A DNA stretch of 32,000 nt. Source: Methanosphaera stadtmanae DSM 3091 (GTDB lineage Archaea > Methanobacteriota > Methanobacteria > Methanobacteriales > Methanobacteriaceae). This document shows, piece after piece, positions 1 through 8,888 of the stretch. Made by a program: the position numbers and the translations under genes. Numbering within the stretch: the first letter of the stretch is position 1; each line of letters begins with the position of its first letter. The stretch spans positions 60,001 to 92,000 of the forward strand of contig NC_007681.1 in NCBI RefSeq assembly GCF_000012545.1, given 5' to 3'. The notes below the pieces were generated by a model. That model made no database searches and had not been told where the DNA came from. It was given only the letters and a program-made list of their open reading frames with translations.

Positions 1-228
1 AGGATTAATTTTAAAAATATTACATTATTTTTTCTAGAAATAATAATTAGAAAAATGATTTTTAGTTAATTAAATACTTCTATAATGTTGTGGTTTTAGT
101 ATTATTTTTTTTTGGAGGTATCATTAATTAATTCAAGATATGTTCATATCTATTAAGATATATAGAATTGTAAACAAAATATGATGGTTTAGTATCTTGT
201 TTATATTTTCTATAAAAGTAGGGGGAGG

Positions 229-1335
229 TTATTTTTTAACATAACTAATGGCTCTGTTAAATCCATCAACCATGTTGGAGTATTGAAACTTTTCACAGAT
301 TATTTTACGAGATTTTTTACTCATCATATCCTGTAATTTATCATCAGATAATATTTTAAGCATAGCTTCTTTAAGTTGGGTGCTGTTTTTTTCTTCAACA
401 ATAAATCCATTGTCTTTTATCATATCAGGTGCTGCTCCAACAGCATCAGTAGCAATAATTGGATTTTCATAGTACATTGCTTCATTCAATACAAATACCC
501 AAGGATCACCCATACCTTCATTAATAGAAGGTATTACAACTAAACAACTTTCATTATAATACTTCTTTAATTGATTATTTTCAATTTTACCAGTAAATAC
601 AACGTTTTTCATGTTATTTTTCTTAACATATTCCTTTAATTTTTCTTCATCAGGACCTGTACCTATAATGATAAGTTCAGTATCACTAATATTCAATTGT
701 TCATATGCTTCAAGAAGATATTTAACTCCCTTTCGTGGTATGAGTCTTCCAACATATAATATTTTCTTTTTATTTGTGGGAAGAGCTTTCTTTTTGAATC
801 CTGTGATGTTACTTACATTTGGCATTATAAAGATTTTTTCTGGTTTTACTTTGATTTTATTTTGAAAGTATGATTTGTGTAGTGATCCTGGAACAAGTAT
901 TGCACTTGTATTGTTTGATAGAAATTTTATTATTCTTTCTAAAATCTTTTCTTTTAGATTTTTCTTTTTTGGCCAATCCCAGTCTTCTCTCCATATTATA
1001 AATGGTTTTTTCCTTATTTGTGTAATTGTGAATAATATGATTGTTTCTATTAGTTCTTGGGGTGTATCCCAACTTCCTCCAATTAAAATATCATAATCTG
1101 CAAATGCTTTTTTTATAAGTCCTCTTGCAAATCCATGACTATTATCTAGAATTGTATAATCAACATCTTCAAGTCCCTTTATTTTACTTGAAATATCGCT
1201 CTCATAAACATCACTTATAACATTTATATGTGTAAATACCAAGTCTAAATCATAGATTTTAGCAAGTTGCTTGAAAAATGGTAATCTATACCACATTGCA
1301 GTATTATGAGTAAATAATATTTTTGTTTTTTCCAT
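229..1335 (-). CDS. GT-B fold glycosyltransferase (family 4 / group 1)
   Basis: 368-aa ORF. The C-terminal half carries group-1 GT signatures (YVGRLIPRKGVKYLLEAY; EGMGDPWVFVLNEAMYYENPIIATD, the E-x7-E region). It is last in a co-oriented gene string, 16 nt from the upstream gene. Confidence 0.8.
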   Translation of the reverse strand: MEKTKILFTHNTAMWYRLPFFKQLAKIYDLDLVFTHINVISDVYESDISSKIKGLEDVDYTILDNSHGFARGLIKKAFADYDILIGGSWDTPQELIETIILFTITQIRKKPFIIWREDWDWPKKKNLKEKILERIIKFLSNNTSAILVPGSLHKSYFQNKIKVKPEKIFIMPNVSNITGFKKKALPTNKKKILYVGRLIPRKGVKYLLEAYEQLNISDTELIIIGTGPDEEKLKEYVKKNNMKNVVFTGKIENNQLKKYYNESCLVVIPSINEGMGDPWVFVLNEAMYYENPIIATDAVGAAPDMIKDNGFIVEEKNSTQLKEAMLKILSDDKLQDMMSKKSRKIICEKFQYSNMVDGFNRAISYVKK

Positions 1336-1351
1336 AATGATACCACTCTTT

Positions 1352-3742
1352 CTATACTATTACACGTTTATATAACTGTGAATCTCCATTATCATAAATC
1401 TTGTTAGATTTTTCTATTCCTTCAGTAATTGGTATGTAGTTTCCAGCTCCATATAAGAAACTTTTATGACCAATATTATTTGAACGTAGGAACATATAGC
1501 TTCCAGGTTCCATATCTGTCGTGTTTTTAGGATTTGTTGTATGTATATCATTTAGCCAGTAGAGAAGAATATTACTAAAAGCATCAGAAAATAGTGTGTC
1601 ATTTCCCTCATTTGAATAGTACTGTTTAAACCATGCAACTCCAGCATACTCTCCTTGACTAAATAGTGGAGCATCAATTGTATTATCAAGTGGTAGTGTT
1701 GAACTTTGTCCTAATTCAAGATCAATTAATCCAGTATTGAGTATGAAAAACAACACCATGAAAATACCAATAACCTTCATTATACTTCTATTTTTCTCTT
1801 TAAAGCTTGTGGATTTTATTAAACTTATTGTAGCACTACAAATATAATACAGTCCAATTACACAAAATGGTGCTAGTACTACAAATGTAACCTCATATAT
1901 TCTTTGTAGACTTAATTGATCCCTAAATGCAGGTATGAATAATCCACATGCAAGTATTACTAAGTTAAATAATGCAAATGTATTATATTCCTTTGTGAAA
2001 TGTAAATATTTAGGCCTGATTATATTCATTACAAATCCAACAATTATGAAGTAAACAGATAAATGAATTACACGTTGAGCATTAATACTTACAATATCCA
2101 TGTACTTAAAAGGCCACCAGATATGTACTATTGTAATAATTGTAACAAGTACCATTAACATGTATTTACGTTTTAAGGACATATTCTTTACTTTCATAAT
2201 AGTATCCTTAATTATTGGGTGTTGTGTAACATTATTAATATCAACATCACGGGAAATTCTCTTAAATATCTTATAACATATTACAAGTAGAATAATTCCA
2301 ACGCCAATTACTATTGTTATGGATAATGGATTAATAACGCCCTTTGTAAGTAATGAATTCACATTTTTTGACACTATGCTCAATGCATCAAATAACGATG
2401 CTATAGGCTTACTATCAGCAGTAAGAGAATAATATATTATGATAAATCCTATGAAAAACAAGGATAAAGGAAGACTTATAGTTTGATTTTCTATTTTAAG
2501 ATATTTACCAAAGTATTTCTTCTCAAATCCCATTTTCAATAAGATTGTATTTATAATATTTCCAAAACTACTACTAAGAATTGTTAGAGTTATTATGGTT
2601 GCAAGTAATACAAACATAAATAGGTATGTTACACTATAATGTGAGAGTATCAACCCAATTCCAAAGAGTAAATATAAAATCTTACGTTTATTCTGAGGTA
2701 TTTTTCTATCAACCATTAACCATACAAGAAGCACTAGAAATATTTCAGCAATCTGCTGTCTTGCCATTTGAACCATCCACCCATATGAAAATCCATTATA
2801 AGCAATAAAGAAAAATGCTGCTAAAAATGCTACTTTACTACCAGTACGTTCTTCAAATATCTTATACAAACCAATACTTATTAGTGAGAATAAAAATGGA
2901 TAAATAAACTTGAATATCCATGTTAATGTCATTCCTGATAACTTATTGTATATTGGTGCATACATTACAACACTTAACATTGCATTATATGCATGTGGCC
3001 ATGTATAATCCCAAATACCATTTTTAATAACATAAGTTGCAAACTGGTATTCAAAGAAGATATCATAACCCCATATATGATTTGATATAAGTACACTATA
3101 ATATAGTATGGATATTGCAACACTGAATATTGCCAGATGATAATACTCCTTCTTCAAATGTCCCCAAGCCATTAAAATTACAAGTAAACATATTGTAAGA
3201 AGAAGACCTATTTGTATCTGATTATTACCATAATACTGTAGAGTATATGCTCCAATAATTGCAATAAGCGGTAATAGACAGATAAATAGGAACTGGTTTG
3301 ATGTTATCAAATCCATACTTAACTTAGAACTACTTTCATGAGAATAATCCCTATCTTTAAAATAGGAAATTACAAGTAAACCCATATTATACAGTGTAAA
3401 TGTAACAAGTAACGGTATATTCTCAATAGGATGAGTAATTCCAAGTAGTGGATAAATCTGATTCATAAACAAGCCAACAAGAAGTACTGATATAACACTC
3501 AAACCCACACTAAGAAGTGTTGTAAATGTATTTCCAAGATCATGTAGTTTCAAAATCCTTAATATTATAATACCTGGAATAAATCCAAGATATAACAATG
3601 TAACAATATCTCCAAATATTGGAATATGTTTATTTATGGAAACTATACCAACAATCCACATTAAAACTTGAATAGTAACAACTACTAATAGAAATTCCCT
3701 AAATTTCCAATCATTTAATGTAAATATATTTCTAAAATTCAT
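1352..3742 (-). CDS. Large polytopic membrane protein of unknown function (DUF2206-like); candidate glycan polymerase/ligase or GT-C-like enzyme
   Basis: 796-aa ORF with many hydrophobic helices across residues 1-680, by eye about 18-20 TM segments. It ends in a roughly 110-aa hydrophilic C-terminal domain (LELGQSSTLPLDN...YDNGDSQLYKRVIV). It sits between GT4 genes with 11-16 nt junctions. The DUF2206 assignment is from memory of that archaeal family's architecture and is not verified. Confidence 0.6.
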   Translation of the reverse strand: MNFRNIFTLNDWKFREFLLVVVTIQVLMWIVGIVSINKHIPIFGDIVTLLYLGFIPGIIILRILKLHDLGNTFTTLLSVGLSVISVLLVGLFMNQIYPLLGITHPIENIPLLVTFTLYNMGLLVISYFKDRDYSHESSSKLSMDLITSNQFLFICLLPLIAIIGAYTLQYYGNNQIQIGLLLTICLLVILMAWGHLKKEYYHLAIFSVAISILYYSVLISNHIWGYDIFFEYQFATYVIKNGIWDYTWPHAYNAMLSVVMYAPIYNKLSGMTLTWIFKFIYPFLFSLISIGLYKIFEERTGSKVAFLAAFFFIAYNGFSYGWMVQMARQQIAEIFLVLLVWLMVDRKIPQNKRKILYLLFGIGLILSHYSVTYLFMFVLLATIITLTILSSSFGNIINTILLKMGFEKKYFGKYLKIENQTISLPLSLFFIGFIIIYYSLTADSKPIASLFDALSIVSKNVNSLLTKGVINPLSITIVIGVGIILLVICYKIFKRISRDVDINNVTQHPIIKDTIMKVKNMSLKRKYMLMVLVTIITIVHIWWPFKYMDIVSINAQRVIHLSVYFIIVGFVMNIIRPKYLHFTKEYNTFALFNLVILACGLFIPAFRDQLSLQRIYEVTFVVLAPFCVIGLYYICSATISLIKSTSFKEKNRSIMKVIGIFMVLFFILNTGLIDLELGQSSTLPLDNTIDAPLFSQGEYAGVAWFKQYYSNEGNDTLFSDAFSNILLYWLNDIHTTNPKNTTDMEPGSYMFLRSNNIGHKSFLYGAGNYIPITEGIEKSNKIYDNGDSQLYKRVIV

Positions 3743-3753
3743 AGTACCTATTC

Positions 3754-4941
3754 CTAAATTAAAAGTTTATCATACTCATTTATTAAACTATCTATCATAA
3801 CCTTCATAGAATCAACTGGTAATGATTTTCCAGCATTATTTTCTAAATCTACCAGTAATTCTCTATTATTAATTATCTTTTCTAATTTTTCTTTTAAATC
3901 ATAAATATTTCCAGGCTCAAAAAGATAACCATTAACGCCATCCTTTATTAACTCTGGAATTCCTCCAATATTACTTCCAATAACTGGTGTATAATTACTA
4001 AAACTTTCATATATTACAAGAGGAGAATTATCATAACAAATAGATGGTATAATAATCACATTGGATAATTCATAGAAATGTTGTATCTTACTATTATCTA
4101 CAAATCCATGAAATACTATTCTCTCATCACTTTCAGCTAATTTTCTAAATTCTTCTTCATCATAACCCTTTCCTATGATGTGTAATTTAATATCTCTATT
4201 TTCAATACTTTTAAATGCTTCAATAAGTGTTTGTACTCCCTTATGTTTTCCAAGAGTTCCAATATATGTTATATCAATTGTATCATAACTTTTTCTTGTT
4301 TTATTAGTGTTACATTCAATAGCTAATGGTATTTTAACAGAAGACGTATTTCTAAAGAAATTATTTTCTTTAAACTTATTAATCATGAAATTTGATGGAG
4401 AAATAAGTAAATCCACATGGTTATCAAGTAATTTTCTTTGAATATTCACATAACTATTACAACAAAAATTTCTTTTCTTGCATAAAGTGTTGTTTCCCCT
4501 AATTAAATTAGCTCGTGGACATATTAATGAAAAATCATGTGATTCAAATACTATAGGAATATTAAGATCACTTCCTGCTTTAAAACAGGATAATGATAAT
4601 CCCTTAAAGTTATTTATATGTACTATGTCAATATCTTCATCTATGAGTATTTGTCTTATTTTATTGTATGTATCGTTATTCCATAGGTCAAATAGGTGCC
4701 ATAATGGTTTTTTAACTCCAGAAGCTTCAGTTTGTTTATAAACAGGATATAATTTAGTGGTATTTAATTGGTATATTATAATAGAATCCTGTTTTATTGT
4801 ATGAGGATTATTATCAGGACTTGTTGTAATAATTATAACTGTATGTTTTTTTGCCATTTGTGTAGCAATCTTTTTAACAACTATTTCTGCACCACCAAGA
4901 ACATGTGGTGGATAGAGATTTGTAATATAACATATTTTCAT
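3754..4941 (-). CDS. GT-B fold glycosyltransferase (family 4)
   Basis: 395-aa ORF. The N-terminus MKICYITNLYPPHVLGGAEIVV is a typical GT4 N-domain. The C-terminus has NSPLVIYESFSNYTPVIGSNIGGIPELIKDGVNGYLFEPGN. Its start overlaps the stop of the upstream gene in ATGA (4938-4941). Confidence 0.85.
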   Translation of the reverse strand: MKICYITNLYPPHVLGGAEIVVKKIATQMAKKHTVIIITTSPDNNPHTIKQDSIIIYQLNTTKLYPVYKQTEASGVKKPLWHLFDLWNNDTYNKIRQILIDEDIDIVHINNFKGLSLSCFKAGSDLNIPIVFESHDFSLICPRANLIRGNNTLCKKRNFCCNSYVNIQRKLLDNHVDLLISPSNFMINKFKENNFFRNTSSVKIPLAIECNTNKTRKSYDTIDITYIGTLGKHKGVQTLIEAFKSIENRDIKLHIIGKGYDEEEFRKLAESDERIVFHGFVDNSKIQHFYELSNVIIIPSICYDNSPLVIYESFSNYTPVIGSNIGGIPELIKDGVNGYLFEPGNIYDLKEKLEKIINNRELLVDLENNAGKSLPVDSMKVMIDSLINEYDKLLI

Positions 4942-6059
4942 AATAACTCCTCATAGAGTTCATATATTGACTTTGCAATCTCACTCCATTCATATTTTTG
5001 TTGTATTAGTTTTCGTCCATTTTCACCCATATTATGTTTGAGATTATCATCTGTAAGTATTTTTATTATTGCATTGGTTAGTGCCTGTGTATCCTTTGGA
5101 GGTATTATAATACCACTATTTGTTTTAATAACATCATCTGCAACACCAACAATATCAGTACTAATAACTGGTGTTTTACATGAGAGTGCCTCAAGTACTA
5201 CAATTCCAAAACCCTCTTGAAGTGATGATATGGATGGTAGTATGAATAGTTCTGAATTGGCATAGTTTTCAATTACATCACTATCACTTAAAAATCCCTT
5301 AAATTCAACATTATCTTCTAATTTTAATTTATGAGTTTTTTCTTTGTAAAAGTCAAGAAGTTCACCTTTTCCACCTACAACAAGTTTAACAGTAGGTATT
5401 TCTTTTTTAACATAAACTAAAGCTTCAAGAAGATAGTCAAGACCTTTATATTTATGAAATTTATCAAGAACACTTAGGAAAAATATTTGGTTTTTTTGTC
5501 GCTTAGTATTATTAGGCTTAAACAATGATGAATCAACACCATTTGGAATGGTAGTTATCTTATCTTTATAATTTTGTAAGTGTTTTGATTTGATATAATT
5601 ATCCTGTGTTATTATAATTTTATCTGCCTTATTTAATAGAAATTTAAGTGCAGTTTTATTGTAAATATTTGCAATTGTATTTGCAAAACCATTTCCAATA
5701 ATATCATTATGATATGTTACTACAAGTGGTTTATTTTTAATTCTTGAAATTATATTACTCCAATCACTACTCCATGGAGTTGGAATGTGTGTATGGACAA
5801 TATCAAAATTCTCACTAAGAAGTGTTCTTGGAAGACTTGGAGTAATATTAGTATTTGCAATCTTTCCATAATATTTAAGACGTTTAATTGATATGTTATC
5901 ATATATTTGGTTAGTTGGAGTGTTTTCTGGTTGCTTAGCACAGATTACCTTAACTTCACAATTATCATACATAGCTAATTGTTTAGAAATATAATAAACA
6001 TACTGTTCAACACCACCAATAAATGGATAAAATCGAACTGGGGTCTGTATAATCTTCAA
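4938..6059 (-). CDS. GT-B fold glycosyltransferase (family 4)
   Basis: 373-aa ORF with the motif LQEGFGIVVLEALSCKTPVISTDIVGVADDVIKTNSGIIIPPKD. It is the first gene of the left sub-operon and lies directly downstream of the 0.9-kb gap. Confidence 0.85.
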   Translation of the reverse strand: MKIIQTPVRFYPFIGGVEQYVYYISKQLAMYDNCEVKVICAKQPENTPTNQIYDNISIKRLKYYGKIANTNITPSLPRTLLSENFDIVHTHIPTPWSSDWSNIISRIKNKPLVVTYHNDIIGNGFANTIANIYNKTALKFLLNKADKIIITQDNYIKSKHLQNYKDKITTIPNGVDSSLFKPNNTKRQKNQIFFLSVLDKFHKYKGLDYLLEALVYVKKEIPTVKLVVGGKGELLDFYKEKTHKLKLEDNVEFKGFLSDSDVIENYANSELFILPSISSLQEGFGIVVLEALSCKTPVISTDIVGVADDVIKTNSGIIIPPKDTQALTNAIIKILTDDNLKHNMGENGRKLIQQKYEWSEIAKSIYELYEELL

Positions 6060-6147
6060 AAATAAAACCTCACATTTTTTTTATTTAGAAAAAAGGTATC
6101 TAACATATCACATGACTTTTTACTAAAATTTTTTCATATTATATTAA

Positions 6148-6167
6148 TATAATTATATATAATTATA
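6148..6167. repeat. Perfect 20-bp A/T palindrome (TATAATTATA x2)
   Basis: I checked by hand that tataattatatataattata is self-complementary at all 10 pairs. It lies 89-108 nt upstream of the GT4 start at 6059. Its function is unknown; it could be a TATA/operator region or chance in AT-rich DNA. Confidence 0.5.
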
Positions 6168-6431
6168 ATTATTTAATAGATTTTCTTATTATAATGGTAG
6201 TTGTTGACTTGAAATAATTTCTTTTAGAGTTTTTTTTTATTGAAATTTTATTTTATATTTAACAATTAATTAAGTATTAACGAAGTTTAATTGATGATAA
6301 TATTAATAGATTAAGACTAACTTTAAAAGTATTATACTAGATATATGGTTATTTAGATTATAATGGAATATTTAATTATCCTATTAAATCATACAAAGAC
6401 ATGTTCCATTGGATAGTATGGAGTGATTATT

Positions 6432-6604
6432 ATGAAAATAGATGAAATGTCTTATAGAAGATTGAAGATACTGTTAGTTATTGACTAGTTATTTTAATAA
6501 TAGGATTGTTTAGTGGAGAAATACATATTATAGGAATTGGAATAGGATTTGTAGTAACTGATATTATTTTAATTTATTATAAGAGAAAGTATTTGAATTT
6601 ATAA
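6432..6604 (+). pseudogene. Small two-TM membrane protein ORF disrupted by a frameshift (18 codons, then continuation in the -1 frame)
   Basis: A GGAGTG SD-like motif sits 7 nt upstream of ATG 6432. Translation gives MKIDEMSYRRLKILLVID, then TAG at 6486-6488. The -1 frame opens at 6485 and reads LVILIIGLFSGEIHIIGIGIGFVVTDIILIYYKRKYLNL, with a stop at 6602-6604. Inserting one nucleotide would give a 57-aa two-TM protein. Confidence 0.35.
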
Positions 6605-6619
6605 TTTAGAGGTGTATAT

Positions 6620-6860
6620 ATGAGTAGTTTAGAGGAAGTTAGTAAAAAAAAATGATGAATTAATTAGAAAATCAACTGCTTCTAAAGTATTTATAATATC
6701 ACGTTGTATATCAATTTTAAGTTTAACATTGGTTGCTCTTTGTTTTGAACAATGGAGATTAATGGGGATTGCAATGCTTTTATTGTGTTGTTATACTTTT
6801 CCTATTAGATATGTTAGGTATTTTAAGAAACTTGATGATGAAGGGGATACTGAAAATTAA
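6620..6860 (+). pseudogene. Small two-TM membrane protein ORF interrupted at an A9 homopolymer (11 codons, then a 69-codon continuation in the +1 frame)
   Basis: An AGAGGTG SD sits 6 nt upstream of ATG 6620. Translation gives MSSLEEVSKKK, then TGA at 6653. The A-run spans 6644-6652. The +1 frame from 6651 reads NDELIRKSTASKVFIISRCISILSLTLVALCFEQWRLMGIAMLLLCCYTFPIRYVRYFKKLDDEGDTEN, with a stop at 6858-6860. Changing A9 to A8 would give a 79-aa ORF. Confidence 0.4.
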
Positions 6861-6954
6861 ATAATCAATCTTTTTTATCTTTATTTTAAAGTAGTTTATT
6901 AATAGAAAATTAAAAAATAGAACTTTATAAGCAAAAAATTAGATAATAGGTAAT

Positions 6955-8109
6955 CTAATTATTTTTTAGGATTTTCAAATAATAATTCTCAGTTTTTGCT
7001 GCGATACTGTTCCAATCATATTTCTTAGCACTTTTTCTACATAAATTTCTTTTATTATATGAAATTCCATCACTAATCAATTGGTTGATAAGAATAGCTA
7101 AGCTATCGACATTATCATTAATTATCCAACCATTATCTTCGTTTATTAAATCCTTTGCAGCGTTCATTTTAGCATTCACTGTAATAACAGGAACTCCACA
7201 GGCATTTGCTTCGATTGCAATGATTCCAAAACCTTCTCTTAATGATGGAAGTACTAGTATTGATGAACTTTTAAGTGTTTTATATAAATCTTCTTTATTT
7301 TTATAAAATCCTAAAAAGAAGACATTTTTCTCAAGTTCAAGTGTTGATACAATATGTTTTAGATAATCTTCCATTGGGCCTTCTCCTACAATAAAACATT
7401 TTGCATAAGGATGTACATCTACAACCTTTCTCATGGCTTTAATTAGTAAATCCACGTGTTTTTCAGCAATTAAACGTCCAGCATATATAACATCACAGTA
7501 TTGTTTACTAGGATCTAAATAGATTATTTCATTAATATTCACTCCATTTGAAATAATTATTGAATTAGAAGGTTTATTATTCTCCAGCATATTTTCATAT
7601 GTGGCAGTAGAAACACAGATAACATTATCAGTAAGATGTAGAATTCCTTTTTCAACTATCTTTCCAAAAAATCCTTTTCTACCCATATAATCATACCAAT
7701 AATCATTCCATACTTCATGTAATGTAATTACAAGATTAGCTTTCGAATTCATAGTTTTTAATTTGCTAGTGTAACATGAAAAATAAGGAAAACCTTGACA
7801 ATCAACAATATCAAAATCATCGAAGTTAACACTTACTAAACACTTAGCAAAGTATAATGCTTCCTTAATAGATCGGGATCCATCCTTGGTATATAATTCC
7901 ATTGGTTTTCCCACACTATGATATGTTATATCATTGTATTTGATAGTTTCTTGTCCATAATATTCTTTAGTTTCCATCCAGTAACCTAATGAAAAAACAT
8001 GAATATCATGTCCTCTTAGTCTAAGACGTTTACCTATTTCAAATATTCTATTTTCTGCTCCACCAGTAACCCAGGGATATGCAGTATCATAAATAAATGC
8101 AATTTTCAT
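6955..8109 (-). CDS. GT-B fold glycosyltransferase (family 4)
   Basis: The ORF is open to 8148, but the ATG at 8109 (MKIAFIYDTAYPWVTGGAENRIF) is preceded by a GAGG SD with 8-nt spacing and matches typical GT4 N-termini. The C-terminus has LREGFGIIAIEANACGVPVITVN. Confidence 0.85.
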   Translation of the reverse strand: MKIAFIYDTAYPWVTGGAENRIFEIGKRLRLRGHDIHVFSLGYWMETKEYYGQETIKYNDITYHSVGKPMELYTKDGSRSIKEALYFAKCLVSVNFDDFDIVDCQGFPYFSCYTSKLKTMNSKANLVITLHEVWNDYWYDYMGRKGFFGKIVEKGILHLTDNVICVSTATYENMLENNKPSNSIIISNGVNINEIIYLDPSKQYCDVIYAGRLIAEKHVDLLIKAMRKVVDVHPYAKCFIVGEGPMEDYLKHIVSTLELEKNVFFLGFYKNKEDLYKTLKSSSILVLPSLREGFGIIAIEANACGVPVITVNAKMNAAKDLINEDNGWIINDNVDSLAILINQLISDGISYNKRNLCRKSAKKYDWNSIAAKTENYYLKILKNN

Positions 8110-8198
8110 GATTAAATCCTCTAAAAAATATGGATGTTTAAAAAACAAGGTTCTTATAAAAGAAGTGGTATTTTAATAAAAGTAGATTATGAGTATTA

Positions 8199-8888
8199 TT
8201 AATTACCAAATCTTCTTTTCAACATATATTTCACGTGTCTCCAGCCATCAGTAAATGAACTTAACTTAGCTTCTCCACCACCACGTTTTTTATATGATAT
8301 TGGAATTTCTTTTATATTTAAATTTTTTTCTCTAGCTTCAATAACCATTTCAACTGCAAATTCCATACCTGGTGCTGTTAAATTCATTTTATGTAGTGCA
8401 TCTTTGGTAAAGGCTCTCATACCACAATGTGTATCTGAATATTCAGAGTTAAAGAGTATATTTAACATTTTTGTAAGTAATGGATTTCCAATATATTGGT
8501 GAAGTGCGGGCATTGCACCTTTTTCAATTGTACCTTTAAAACGAGAACCTATTACAAAGTCACTTCCATCATCTACAATGTAATTTATGAAATCCATTGA
8601 TTGTTCAAGGGGATATGTTCCATCAGCATCACCCATTATAATAATATCTCCAGTAGCTTCCTTAAATCCACGGATATATGCGTTACCATATCCTCTATTT
8701 TTTTCTAAAAATACTGTAGCTCCAGCATCTTTTGCTTCCTGTGCTGTGTTATCAGTAGAATTATTATTAACAACAATAATTTCTACATCATATCCTGCTT
8801 CTTCTATCTCATCTACTGGTATACTTTTTATTGTTTTACCTACGATTCCTTCTTCATTCAATGCTGGTATAACAAATGAAACTTTCAT
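8199..8888 (-). CDS. GT-A fold glycosyltransferase family 2, polyprenyl/dolichyl-phosphate hexosyltransferase-like (DPM1/AglJ-like)
   Basis: 229-aa soluble ORF. It begins [12 protein letters not shown], followed by [10 protein letters not shown], a GDADGTYP DxD motif and SRF...HCGMRAF. This is the classic GT2 Dol-P-sugar synthase layout. Confidence 0.8.
   Translation of the reverse strand: MKVSFVIPALNEEGIVGKTIKSIPVDEIEEAGYDVEIIVVNNNSTDNTAQEAKDAGATVFLEKNRGYGNAYIRGFKEATGDIIIMGDADGTYPLEQSMDFINYIVDDGSDFVIGSRFKGTIEKGAMPALHQYIGNPLLTKMLNILFNSEYSDTHCGMRAFTKDALHKMNLTAPGMEFAVEMVIEAREKNLNIKEIPISYKKRGGGEAKLSSFTDGWRHVKYMLKRRFGN

Noticed and set aside
1-228. SD-like GGAGGT motifs at about 113-118 and 224-229 in the leftmost intergenic region
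   Set aside because: They are followed only by very short ORFs (12 codons or fewer), so no gene could be supported. The region may simply contain the terminator or 3' flank of the GT operon.
611-1096. Track ORFs 611-865(+), 857-1072(-) and 875-1096(+), lying inside or antisense to the GT4 gene at 229-1335
   Set aside because: They are wholly nested in a well-supported 368-aa GT4 ORF. Their sequences are low-complexity F/L/I/S-rich, typical of off-frame or antisense translation of AT-rich coding DNA. They have no SD motifs.
2626-2808. 60-aa plus-strand ORF antisense to the 796-aa membrane protein gene
   Set aside because: It is nested antisense in a long ORF with coherent TM-helix periodicity. 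It has no SD and no recognisable motif.
4478-5941. Track ORFs 4478-4741(+), 4768-4956(+), 5038-5220(+) and 5750-5941(-) within the two GT4 genes
   Set aside because: They are antisense or off-frame shadows of confidently called glycosyltransferase genes, with no independent support.
6486-6488. In-frame TAG in the first mini-ORF, considered as possible pyrrolysine or read-through recoding
   Set aside because: Reading through the TAG meets TAA three codons later. No pyl-type context exists here, and the lineage suggested by gene content is not known for pyrrolysine use. A frameshift explains the downstream ORF better.
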